From Hydrurus foetidus (Eukaryota): a DNA stretch of 46,223 bases. A program made the translations under genes and the position numbers. The stretch's first letter is position 1, and each line of letters opens with the position of its first letter. The notes beneath the pieces are model-generated. The model was not told the origin of the DNA. It saw only the letters and a program-made list of their open reading frames with translations, and made no database searches. The stretch spans positions 1 through 46,223 of the forward strand of contig UYFQ01000606.1 of NCBI GenBank assembly GCA_900617105.1, given 5' to 3'. Positions 23,901 through 36,677 of this stretch are shown in pieces.

Positions 23901-25689
23901 CATCTCCCTCTCTTCCTCCTCATTTTCATCGTTTATTTCCTCGTCGTTTAGAGGAACATTAAACACATCTGTTGACCCGAATAAGCAACAAGAAGAGAGT
24001 GATGCACTGAGAGGATGTACACCGTGCTTGCCGTTAACATACGGCTGATGCTGACATACCAATATGTTCCCCCCATGTCTATCTAGATTGCACAGTCTGA
24101 TGTCCAACACTGCTATACGGACTATGTCGTCTTCATCGAACATGGAAGGTCCGAGATCCTCCGCACATCCCTCATGACGCACGTACGATTGTACGCTGGA
24201 TAATTTGTAGCCCCCATAGAAATTCTCGTCTTCTTCCCCCTCTGTGTGTGCGTCAGATTCTGATTTCAGTGATTGGTGGTTCTCGGTGATGACTATTTGA
24301 TTCGGAAGAATGTTCCTTACAGAATCAATGTTCTGATTCTGATTCATGTTCTGACTCTGATTTCCCATATAGTCCACATCGATTGCCCCCAAGGACGAAG
24401 TCATGCTTTCTGATGACGTATCTGCAGCCGTTTCGTTTCTTAGAAATCGGTGACGCACTTTGGCCAGAGCTGTGGGAGGGACTCCAGCGAACCCATCATC
24501 CAGAACGAACGCTGCTACTTCGCGGTACATACCAAATCCTAAATATCAAAATACCACCCACACATTAAATCAGTCACACATCCATCAGTTCCATACGAAA
24601 CGTATTTGGAATCATAAAATTCAAGACAGTCAGCTGGAGACCACGGTATGAAACAGATTATGTATCAGCCGAAAAGTAACACTAATGTGTCAAACGAGAA
24701 GAAAAGCAATATTCGGCTTACCCGGTATAATTCGGCCTTTATAGGCCGACCCCCACGCCCCGTTCTGTTCTTGGTATGGGTTGTACGGACTGTTAGGCTC
24801 CTCGTCTCCTATGATAGAATAGGAAGTAAAAATGGTGAGAAAAGCGTCATGTGGCTAATTAAGAATGAGCACCAGAGGGCGTTTTTTAAGTTCCACGAAT
24901 ACAGCATGATTTTAATAGATATCTATCTTTCATACGACAATCGATACATAAATTTCCACTATTCAGAACAATTATCCAGACAGAACTGTACTAAATGTAG
25001 CCGACATCACTTCTTATGAAACGACTGAAGGCTGTCTCATACGTTGATGATGCGGTACATAAATATAAATGATATTTTGACATACATATCTATGCTTTAC
25101 CTGGTTTACAAACAACGGTAATCAGCTTTGCCCTATCTCGAAGAAAATAGGTTCCTCCCATCGCCCCCTCTGCAAGAGTTGGGTCGACCCCGTATTTCAA
25201 TCCTGCATCTGCTCTCGAGACTAGCGAGGGTAGGTCAAACAAATGCGTTGAAGTGCTTTCAAGAGTCACGAATGATTCCGATGATCCCTCAAGTATAGAC
25301 AATGATACCGCTCGCTGGCGATAAGGCTTGAGAAATCTTTGGGGGCTATTCAAACGGGCTGGGGCTTCACTTGACAGTCCACCGAGGTTATTAAATGATA
25401 AAGGAGATCTTACGCTTCGCCTGTTCTCAAACGTATTTATATCGACACGTGGACTACAACTGGTTGGGAACTTCTTATCGTCACCGATTGAAAAAGCCTG
25501 AAAATCTGGCATCGAAGCAGTGTAATGAAATGGACTTCTCCTCTCAACATCGAACTCGCTATCATGAGACCTCTTGTCACGAATGCTCGAGGAGTTGGGG
25601 CTGGTACTTGTTATTCCATCTTGAAAAGAAAGCGAGGAAAACATCGCGATTCCACTTTGACTAGTACCCGTGATTGTTGTTGAAGCCAT
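20937..25689 (-). CDS. Type II phosphatidylinositol 4-kinase (PI4K-gamma-like), multi-exon
   Basis: Motifs in order across exons: EGAMGGTYFL...VCKPG|DEEP, GMYREVAAFVLD..FAGVPPT, SVQSYV, IAVLDIRLCNLDRHGGNIL, LVPIDHGYCLP, WLNWSQAK, RQYIASLD, LRVCTLMLQ. Internal exon boundaries are approximate. Confidence 0.9.
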
Positions 25690-26978
25690 TCAGTTACTTT
25701 CGGTTGTCTTGAATGCTTCGACCTCAGACCCTTTCCCCGTGACATGTAGGAAGACTAACACCACATACACTATATGCTACCAAGTAGAAGCCAAATGTCC
25801 GCTCGACATTTACGAGGTGACAACTAGAGTTTCGTGCCCACAATTCACATGCAGTACTTGAGTCTACCTGTGGTTAGTTGGCTTCGGAAACTGTCTTTGC
25901 ATGCGAGTTCAACAGACATTTTTTAATTGCACATTCTTCTTGAAATCGAGATCAAATCTTGCATGGACTCTCGGGAAAAAAGTTCACAAAATCCGATCTG
26001 TGCTGCGTGTACAGCAGACACAAAGGGAACTTTCCCTTCAAATTTTCAATGAGAGGCCTAATTTGGGGAGTTTCTAAGGGGGGACTACACGCACCTACAA
26101 TTTCTCCTTCAACAAAAACTTCAACAACAGCTTACGCACCGCGCGGATTTTTCGATTCCATTGAAACGAAACTGCTCTATTTAAATGTGGCTGGCCGACG
26201 GCTACGGCCAACAGCCAATTAGACGGTCACGCGGCCAGCTAATCGGCTGCACGGTTAGTATATATTGGATTTCTACAGTACTGCTTCTCTTGTGTTTAAA
26301 TACTGTCAAAATTCCTTGAGTTCTGCAGCCAGCTTCTCAATCACACGGGGAGAAATAACTCCGCCTCTAGCACTCGCCTTATTACCAAACCTGTCGGCGC
26401 AACCCAGCTCGAGTCTCGAGAAGTGTGCAACTCGTACATCGAAATGATACACATCACTGATAGCCGTCATCATTCCGGATACGATTCATTTTTCCCTGTT
26501 GGAATCATGGAACAGTCATTTTGTTTCGCATGCGCATGCCATAAATCCCCTGAATTTACTTGCTTTATAGATCGCACATACTCAAGTTTATCTGTTTTTT
26601 AGGTCTAGAAATTAATTGTGCATCATATCAAAGCTGTCACCTTGAACAAATTTTGCTCTGTAGTCTCATGGTGCATGTCAGCTCACACGTCACATGAGGA
26701 ATTTACTCGCCATGTTCCTGTCAGTTTCCCTATTTCTGGTTACGGTACCCATCAAACCTTACGTCCAATTACGCTACAATATTCAAATACAATATACTCG
26801 CACAATTTGAAGCCATATAATGAATCACCAATTCCCAATTCTGATACTGAACACTGAACACTGAACGACTCTACCTTACTGCTGGGACATATGTACGACC
26901 ATAATGCACCGGATAGATGACCGACTGTATCCGGTTCAGGGACGCCGTCACATTCATTTGACTTCACAGTGGTGTAGG

Positions 26979-27257
26979 CTATATACCGGAAATAATTTAC
27001 CGTGTACTGAATTGAGAGATTCGTGTACTGAATTAATAGTTTGTTGTACTGAAATCAATACTTAAGGTCAGGATTATGGTTAGGATTAGGGTTAAGATTA
27101 GGGTTAGTGTTAGTGTTAGTGTTAGTGTTAGTGTTAGGGCTAAACTCAGAGTCAGGATCAGGGTTAGGGCTAGAGTTAGGGTGTATTCAGTACATCAAAC
27201 TACTAATTCAGTACATCAAACTATTAATTCAGTATACCATTAATTGGGTCGCTATAG
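26979..27257. mobile_element. Small fold-back (MITE-like) element with a degenerate telomeric (TTAGGG/TTAGTG) core
   Basis: Arms built of 21-bp units in inverted orientation (27024-27053 vs 27207-27236, 28/30 match) flank a hexamer array at ~27062-27181. Outer boundaries are uncertain. Confidence 0.6.
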
Positions 27258-27356
27258 TATACGATAGCAATATCGGATACAGGTGCTAGTAGATCGTTGC
27301 CCTCGGCTCCTTAAGGATATAGGCTTTTGTGGGTTTCTAGAAGTGACGCCTCTTTT

Positions 27357-29746
27357 ATGATTCTCGAAATCCTTGTCTTCATGCTTGTTGGTGCAAATGC
27401 TAGCAAAACGCTGCAGAGCAGAGTAGCTCTAGTCGTTGGCCTAAATCCTGCTCTCCAAAGAACAGTGACTCTATCAACCTCCCTTCAAATTGGGTCCGTC
27501 AACAGAGGATCATCTGTGCAGGTAATTTTTATATCGAAAGAAACTGTTAATACAGCTGCTGACTCAATCGTGTTGTTCCCTTCTTTGAAATATCATCGCA
27601 AAGGTTGGAATTGGTGGAAAGGGTCAGGATGTGATTGTTGCTGGTGCTAGTATGCAGGCGAATCCACCTCCAGCTCTGTTGCAATTTCTAGGATCTGGCG
27701 CAGAGGGTGATGCACTTGCCACTTTGCTTGCAGCAATGCAGCAACGGCCGTCGCATCAGCCATTAATGATGTCGATCAGAACATCAGCACCGTGTCGTAC
27801 CTGCGTAACTCTCGTAGATAGTGTTAAAGAGGAAGCTACAGAAATAGTTGAGCCCTCTGGAACAATCCTTCTATCTGAGATCGATAATCTGCTCTCAACA
27901 CTAGAGAGTCACTATCAGCATGAGAAGGCGGGAGGAGTTGCTGTCATGGGCTCCATGCCACCAGGTTGCAGTGCTGATCTCTACTCTGAAATATTAAAGA
28001 GAGTCTGCGATTCTCAGACAAAAGTAAGTACCCTCTAATTAAATGCACAAAATTGCTCTATTGATCATTTTGATGTTTATGCACGCGAGGTGCAGTATGC
28101 AGTTGTTTTCTGTGCGTTTTCTTAAGCCATCATTAATGATTACATAAGTTCTTGCATCCATGTGCATGTGATAAACGAGCTTCATTATGTTCATCTTGCA
28201 ATCTATCTTTCTCCCGTATACTCTAGGTGCTATTTGATACAACCGTTGGCATTTTTGAGGCTCTAAATGTTTGTGGCGTGCTAAAGTGCGACGCGATTAT
28301 AAAGGTAGTTCACACTTGAGTTATACATCTACACGGAGTGTCACACAACTAATCGTAACCTTAGGTTCACGGGCTAAACCAGTTACTTGCATGCGAAATA
28401 GCAAAACCACAATTATTTCCGTGTGACCAATCACGATCTGTCTTCCCAATGCCACTGTAGTTGAACGCACGCGAGCTGTGCAAACTGAGTGGCGTAGAAA
28501 TAGTGGGAGGTGGAGAAGCGAGCATGGCAACACCTCTTACAAAGGTTCAAGAAGCTTGTTCCCTACTGGCAGCAAAATTGACTAGAATAGGTATAATCTT
28601 TCTATCTTTTAGTGCCTTATTCTTTTATTTATCTTTTCTTACGCGACTACTTCCCTCTGCTATCTTCTGTTCTAATCTTCCGTATTAATTATCTCGTCTT
28701 CAAATACCACGTGTAGCACTCAATGCTCTTCTCAAAGCAACATTTCAGTAAAATCACAACCATCGTCTAATTCAATTTCATAGACCTTACAGCACGCCAA
28801 TCGATTTAGTACTTTTTCACCAAATTTCAATCCATTTTCATCTCGTTTCACCTTCTGTACTGATTGACACCATCTCGATCCGTTACCGTCCCATCAATCA
28901 CCCCTAAAGGCAGTGATCCGACGACGAGTAGAGTGCACGTGGCTGTAACCGATGGTCCATACATCAGCACACTAATAGAGGTAGTGATATATTCAAACTA
29001 TTGTAACTCGTATTACCACTTATCTTATCAATTTCATCCGCGTTATGTCTCGAAGGAGAAATATATTTATGAACGTATCCATCTTTCTCCTGTACGCTAC
29101 TGTGCAGTTGAAGGCATCCTCTTCGCCACTATGCGGCATCAGGCTACAGATGCCCCCTTTACCTAGACCCATGAAAAATCCGATCGGGGCCGGGGATGCC
29201 GTGTCTTCCGGTACTCTTTTACGGTGGACTGGCGCATCCACATCAAAGGAAACGCCTACAAAGGTGTTTTTGCATTTTATCTTTCTCCATTTCAAAGTCT
29301 TTCGATTTCGTGGTTATTATATTTTATTTATCATCGGTTATATATTTATCTTGTTGTCGTGCGACCGCATGCTTTCATTTTTTCTCTCAATGCTGTAATT
29401 ATACGCATCCCATCCAAGCATTCTTTTCTACCGAGGACTTTTTAAGGGCATATCTTTTTTTTCTTTCTCGTACTTTTTTTTCACGCATGATTTTTTTTGT
29501 ACATCTTTTCCCTTGTCACTCTTCTCATATCATATCATCCCTCCTCTTTGAACACTATTAATTAACATAATCAATGATCTGCAGATTGTTCCTGAAGATG
29601 CAGTCGCTGTGTGTGGGGAAATAGTAGAGGCTTTCTCTTGGGGTCAGGCATGTGGAGCTGCTAGTTGCATGAATGACTCAAATAGCGTGTTCAGTCTAGA
29701 AGATGCCGAGGCTCTTTTAAAGGGTGTTAGCTATGAGTACTTCTGA
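27357..29746 (+). CDS. PfkB-family carbohydrate kinase (1-phosphofructokinase/tagatose-6-phosphate kinase-like), multi-exon
   Basis: GLNPALQRT, VGIGGKGQDV, RTCVTLVD...ATEIVEP, MGSMPPG, VLFDT, IIK|LNAREL, VAVTDGP, NPIGAGDA, and GQACGAASC...YEYF*; GT-AG introns join the blocks. Confidence 0.9.
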
Positions 29747-30474
29747 GTATTTCTGATTTGAATTTTTACACTGTTTTATTTCTTTATATTTTGTTTTGTT
29801 TTATATATTTGTTTTTTGTAGTAGATGTGAAATATCTCAGAATTTGATGAGTCCAGGGTCAACAGCTATTACATTATATGCCATATATTAGAGCGTTTTG
29901 TTTTATTCAATATTTATGGTCAGAATTCTTATTCTATTTATAAGAAGTACGTACTGAAGTGGTTGCGGTGAGAACGTTCCGATAATTACTAGGGAAGGAA
30001 TATGAGAAAGGAATGTCCTGCATTTACTCGAAAATATTCGCCTTCTCTGAAGTAGCAGTGTGGCACGGATATCTTTGATTTGACTTCCTGGGACAAATGA
30101 GGATGGAAATAGCTCGAGCTGTTTCTACATGGAATAAGAGGAGTATCATCCCCCATCGATAGAGAGTAATACGTAATTGTTTTCTACTTCAAATAAATAA
30201 AGACATGCCTACGAGAAAGAGGCGGGATGCTGATAATTATCCGCCAATATCAAACGAATTGAATTAGACACGAGAAACATCAACAATCTCATCCTGTACG
30301 GTACAGCAGTTAGGTACTAAGAAACACCGTAAAGATTCCGTATTCCGTACAAAATAAAACCCGAATCTTGGGATTTTTTGTTTTTGTCCCTTCAATTTCA
30401 ATGACGTATCTGACAGCAGTGGCGGACACCACATCAACTTCCGTTATCGGTCGGATTGAATTCTCAATTGAAAG

Positions 30475-30564
30475 CTCTGCAGGACAAGCACGATCTGTGA
30501 CTTTACTTGATCCATCTGACTCTGCAGGACAAGCACGATCTGTGACTTTACTTGATCCATCTGA
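30475..30564. repeat. Perfect tandem duplication, 2 x 45 bp
   Basis: ctctgcaggacaagcacgatctgtgactttacttgatccatctga occurs at 30475 and 30520. Confidence 0.95.
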
Positions 30565-30739
30565 CGCCAAAGCATCGCAGATCTTTGAGATTTGTTCTCT
30601 TTCGATTCGCCAACCATCTAATAGCACCATAAATTTACCGCTTCTGGTGTCCTAGTATCTGGAAAGTTGGAGTCCTTGAAGATTCTGAAGTCTATCCAGA
30701 CTACATTCATCACTGACATCACCGTCATTGTGTACAATC

Positions 30740-33700
30740 ATGCCAGCGCAAAAGTTTTCGATAAAGCCGACGGAATCCAGCGGACTCCTAAACTTCGGCC
30801 AACAGTCTTACAGTTACGTCCAAATTCCAGCGAAATCCTCGTCTTCCGCTCCTGATGTTCACTGCAGAGAATGCAATCAAAGAGGATCAAATTGCTATTG
30901 TGAGGAGAGAGTGGGCACATCTCTGGAGACAGAAATCAGTCAGAATCAGAATCAAAAGCATAAATTTGCCCAGCGATCGCTCCTAATCATGACTGTGATC
31001 TTGTCCTTAATTATTGTTGGATCAGCACTTTTTCTGAAGTACTACAGTGGTCGGCCCATGGCAGACAAAAATCCTTTTATGATGTCTGTTTTCCTCGACG
31101 ATGAGAGCACTAGTAGATTTGAAGTTGTTGATAATACCGTTGATGTCATTCGGGGCAGAAGAACGAAGAGAGTTCTAGCGAGTGGCACATACGTCAAGAA
31201 TGCTGACGGTGGTGGTTGGAATCACTTAACTGTCAGGGCAGGTGAAGGCTTCTCATCTTCTCCTAGCAACAAGGCATATAGTCAGGAGACCTCAGTGAAC
31301 TACATTAGATCGATGGAAGCCGCTGGATATCTCGAGGGCTTTGCCACATGTACTGAAATCGGACAGTATTATGTTAACTTTTATTTCGGCTTATTTGACG
31401 GTGGAGATCCGACTGAAGGTAGGAGTACTTTCCTAATTACTTGTTAAGAATGGCTTAGTTAGGCGATCATTCTACACTATTCTCAATTTTTAATTCTAAC
31501 ATATTGATATTCGGAAGGCTCATTGACATTTCTCGAAGATAATTATGACTGGATGTCTTCTGAAGCAGAAAAAAATTGGGAGGTTCGCAATCCTTTTTTT
31601 AGCCTTTTGTTTTCTATACGAAACTTCATTGTCTTCTGATTACCTTATTCTAATTGTTTTACTTCTTATCTATTGAATATTAGACGAGCGATTATTGGCT
31701 CGCAGTGAAGGGTTTATTGGCACAATTAAATGGTCTGCTGGATGGTGTGAAAAATGGCTGTCCTTCATTCTCTCATCCACCTAAGAGTCGTGTAGACGAT
31801 CAGCAACACCATAATGGAGTGTACCTTCCATCTCTTATGAGAAACCCCTCAATGATTCATCTACTCCTTCTCAACGCCAATGGAGATTTATACCAAATAA
31901 GTGATAAATTCAGTCAGAAAGACTCGACACCTACGAGTGATGATAACGATGATGAAGTGGATCATCCATTTAGTCCCCCTAAAAAAGAAAGAAAATTATC
32001 ATCATTTTCAATTCGAGATAACATAGGAGATCCGACTGAATTATTAAATCAAATAAATGGAGATATCAACCCTAAGAAAACTGCTAGGAGGAATATTCTT
32101 CCTAACAGGAATGTGCATGAGCAGAATATTCTGCAGTCAATCACAGGAGATATTCTTGATGTTGACAATGTTAAAATCGACAATTCACGAAGAATCTGGT
32201 ATAAGAATAGAAGAAGTAGGGGGGGCGAGGTTGAGGGTAGTGGTTCTCGATCGGAAGGTGTCGACCACTGTTCTGCTCTGATAAAATTCATCCCTGATAA
32301 AGGCGGTGATAAAAGTAAAAATGATTTGATTATTGGTCATAATACATGGGATGATTTCCAGTGTGCTGGTCCACGTATTTTCAAACATTACTCCCTACCG
32401 TTAATAACCGGGTTTACCGTACCGGACACTTTTAGTACGGGATATAATGCCGGCTCAAGCGTCCCTAATATTGACAAGACAAAGCCGGGTTATACCGGAG
32501 GAAATAAGGCAGATCCCGTAGGCCCGGTATCTGGCCGTGTAAACATGAATTCTGTTACTGAGGAATTGGACTTAATCAATTCAAAGAGAAATAGCGGCGG
32601 TGTGATAGACATAAATAGGGGTACAAATGATGATGCACAGGACGACATTAGCAGCAGTAATAATGACGATGATAATAGAAATCAGGATCCCAATTCACCA
32701 GGAGATGATGACGATTCTCAAAGCAAACGAAATAATGACAGACTGGAGATGCATTTCTCCTCTTCGCCTGGTCTTCTTTCTTCTATCGATGATTTCTTCA
32801 CTTTATCTGGGAGAGGAGAATTCGTTGTTTTGGAAACTACGTGAGTCGCCTGACGTCATGTCTATGTTGATTTTGATGCATTTCTTATTGCGTATTCTGA
32901 TACTCCGATATCAAGGCTCGTGTTTTATTGATGAGTCACTTTAATGCTGGACCCAGACCGCCATATACCGAATCTTATCTATTTCAGAAATTATGTGCGA
33001 GTTTCGCTGTGTGCTCATAAATCACTGTCGTCTCATTCTCCTTCACTGCCTTATCACACTATCTTTCTTACTTGTATCACCTCCTCTCACATCAATCTTT
33101 CATCACCCTCTCTCTCCTCTCTCCCTTCTACTCATCTTTTCTTCTTCAACATCATCCCTTACACCTTATCGGACATCACGTCCAAACCTCTACCCTTTCA
33201 TCACCCCTCCCCCCCTCTCCACTCATCTTCTCTATCACCCTCACTCACACCTTATCAATCCAATCCATTCCATTCCTCCATAGAATGGATGTATACAACT
33301 CCGAACTCCTCCAATACATCCAACCGGATACCATTCTATCTTGGACTCGCACCCGTCTCGCCAATCAGCTAGCCAGCACAGGGGCGGAGTGGGCGGAGGT
33401 GTTCTCAATGTACCACAGCGGCACATGTACGTACTGCACTACTTATCATGAATGCACGGAAAACACTATTTATGTACACTATCTACGTACTCATACCTAT
33501 TCATATTCACGTTCTTTTTCTGACCCAGCAAATTCTTATCGACAATGCATATCATCCTATCTCGTCCTGTAATACTTTCCTGCAGTACGATGTGTCATAA
33601 ATCCTTCCACTTGATAACCGTGCAGATGCTAACCAGTGGATGGTGGTTGACCTCACTCGATTCCGTCCTGGAAAAGATCCGTTAAATGGCTTATTAACGG

Positions 33701-34863
33701 TTCTTGAAGAAATTCCGGGATATATGCATTCAGCAGATGTGACATCCCATTTGACTGCTACAGGATATTGGGCTTCATATAATAACCCCTATTTTGAGGA
33801 CATTTCTGTATTGTCTGGGAATGCTGATATTTGCAGTCAGAATCAATTGACCTGTTACGACAGTGATCCGAGAGCGTTACTGTTTAAAAAACACCATAAC
33901 AGTGTTTACGATTTAACGGATATGCAGAGGATTTTGGGTTTGAATGAATATCAACGCGATCCCATTGCTCTCAACGACTCATGCAATGTAAGCTACTTAA
34001 ATGTACTTATACTGTACTATACTGTACATCATGTTAATGACCGTGGAGGATTTATTTTATTTTTTCTTCCTCTATGCTTACTACTTACCACCATCCGCAA
34101 ATACTGCTTTACCAAGCACACTTATCCAAATTTATTGCACCACACGATACACAGCATCATCTTCCTCCTTTTTTCATAATTTCACTAGAACTCACCTTTC
34201 CATCACAAAGGAGTTCATGTTGAATCATTTTTTTTTATTCATTCTTCATTTTTTTGTTTTCCTTCTCATTACATTTCTTTTTTTTACTTTTTCTAGGCTA
34301 TAGCTTGTCGTCAGGACCTGGAACCGATTCTGGAATCTCGCTACCCATTCGGTGCTCTCGATGGAAAGGTCACAAGTGCCCGACTTTTAATAACTGCAAA
34401 GGCTTATGAGGAGAATATGAACGAGAAAACGAGGTCAAAATCTAAAGGAAATTCCAATGAGAAGGCGACACAGACAAGTACGTCATCTTCTGCTTCTTTT
34501 CGAGATAGCCGGATGAAGTCTGAGGATGGTAAGAGTTTTGACACTGCAATAGACTATTACGCCACTTCTACCACTGGACATAAAGACGAGAAAGTCAAGC
34601 CAAAACAAGGAATAAATGGAGATAAAAATAAAAATGGGGATGAGCATAGAAATGGAAATAGCAAACAACCATTTAGAGCCCCACATGCATACGCACGAAT
34701 GGGACCAAGCAATTCATTTGACGGAATGCCTCCTTTCTGTTGGGATGAATTTTCAAAGAACAGGGATAAACGAGGAAAAGTGTTTTCTCACTTAGGACAG
34801 CCTAATTGCTTTGATTTCGACTGGAAAGCCATGCCACCACCATTGTCTCTGTCAGATGACTAA
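30740..34863 (+). CDS. Phospholipase B-like (Ntn-hydrolase) protein with an N-terminal transmembrane anchor, multi-exon
   Basis: GWNHL, AAGYLEG, LLNANGDL, catalytic HCSALIK, IGHNTW, PRIFKHY, FSSSPGLLSSIDDF, VLETT, RLANQLA, SGT|YANQWMVVD, LEEIPG, YWASYNNPYF, IACRQDL...FGALDGK, PPFCW, HLGQP. Confidence 0.92.
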
Positions 34864-36677
34864 ATCGAATGGAAGGGAAGGAAAGAAAGTAATGGGGGGA
34901 AAAGGTGAAAAAAGTGCTGAAGAGAGAGGAGAGGTAGGCTGATAGGGGAAGAGATGGTGTCAGTAATGGTTTCTGATTACACCGGACATATTGACTATAC
35001 CGTCTGCTCTATTTTGAATGAGCTAATGTAAATTTGAATGCGCCATTTAGACGCAAGGGACGTAACGTTTAGCAATCAGTCATCCCAGATGCAACACAAT
35101 AAAACACAACACTGCAATACAATACGCTGCAATACTGTACAATGATGCTCAACAAAATCTGATGAACTGTACTGGACCGGACTGTTAGAGAGATGCAGGG
35201 GAAGAAACGAAAGCAGTGCTGTGTAGAAAGAGTAATATCAATAGCAACATACGTCATGTAACGTACGTGATATACAGCGGTACGGTTAGGCCTCTATATG
35301 TACTGTACGTACGGTCGCTAGACAGAACGTACCGCTCACCACTTAACATCCCCGTAGGGGTGCGATATGTGGGTAGAGAAAACAGAACTGACGAAAACAC
35401 GGAGTGAAATGGAACAGAATGTGATGGGATAGGATAGGATAGTGCTGTTGGATTTAATGATAAGTTTTACCTAGTACCGTGTAGCGATCTCTTCATCTTC
35501 TACATACTGTAGCATACGTACGGTATGATACGGTTCCGATAATTCTTACGCAACCATAGTGATGCACGGGACAGACTCAATTGTGGATGATAACGATTCA
35601 TTCCTCCTCCTCCTCATTTCCAATTTTCATTTACAGTTGATAATTATTACCTCCTTTTATCTAGTTGACGCATAGAATGATTTAGTGCTGGATATGACGT
35701 AAATAATTTTTTTCGTCCGCACTTTATTCGATATCGTTGTTATATTGATTTAAATATAAAAATTAACTACTTAGTTTGATAAAGCCCTATTTGTATGATA
35801 TCAAACCAGCAACTGATCGAGACGGAATGAACTTGATCTACTTCGGATTCGAATACTCACAGGACGACAACTCTGTCGAACAAAATCGGGTCTAGGGTTT
35901 TCAAACTTTATTGTAGTGGTGCAAGTGAGTGAACTTTTTTTAGAGGAGAACAATTATTGGTCACGTTTTTCATCATAGACTTTTTACTTTTTTTCCGTCT
36001 CCATCTCGTTTCGCAATAGACGCAGCAGACTTGAAATCTTTTTCATAATCAACCCGTTTTGATTCATGTTTCACGGAGTCTGAAAATCCGTTCTGATGTT
36101 CTCTACCATGTTACTTCTTACGCTGCGCTACTCTTCGGGTTCAGATCCACGTGTCAGCGAATTGAACTCCTATCATGCCGCCATATTTCAAATTTAGATC
36201 CATGTTAATGCTGAAGGTAACTCCGTTAAAATGAAAACTCAATTCCGGTATTTTAAGAAAGAGATCAAATTGCTTGATTTACAGTATGCAGTCATATCAA
36301 AGTCAGACGCAGATTCGCAGTACGTTTTTATTTGGTACGACTTTCTAATTTTTATGGTTATCAAATAAAACATTAAATCCTGCGGGGTGTTTTTTTTAAT
36401 ACAAAATATACATTTAGACTGTTATGTAATGCGCAATGTTACAGTAGTCTTTATTTATTGTTCGAATGTACACATATTTGGAAACCGGTATGCCGATGCA
36501 TCAACAATTCCCTTTTTTAATCACATGCAAAATAGATGTTAGGATAAATCTTTTGAATGCATATTAGATTTCCCCTCTTCTCGATTGTTGTTGTTTTTTA
36601 ATCCAATTTGGTTTCGTTCCATTCCAAAAATGTGTTCATATTTATATCAGCTATATTCTCACATGCATATTCGGTGT

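Noticed and set aside
21140..24651. Numerous plus-strand ORFs over the PI4K gene
   Set aside because: Antisense or low-complexity shadows with no recognisable motifs.
27062..27181. True telomere or telomerase RNA template
   Set aside because: The array is short, degenerate, interstitial and bracketed by inverted arms; a telomerase template would be ~1.5 repeats, not an array.
35159..35220. Hammerhead-like CTGATGA...CGAAA
   Set aside because: No closing stem II pair and no flanking stems.
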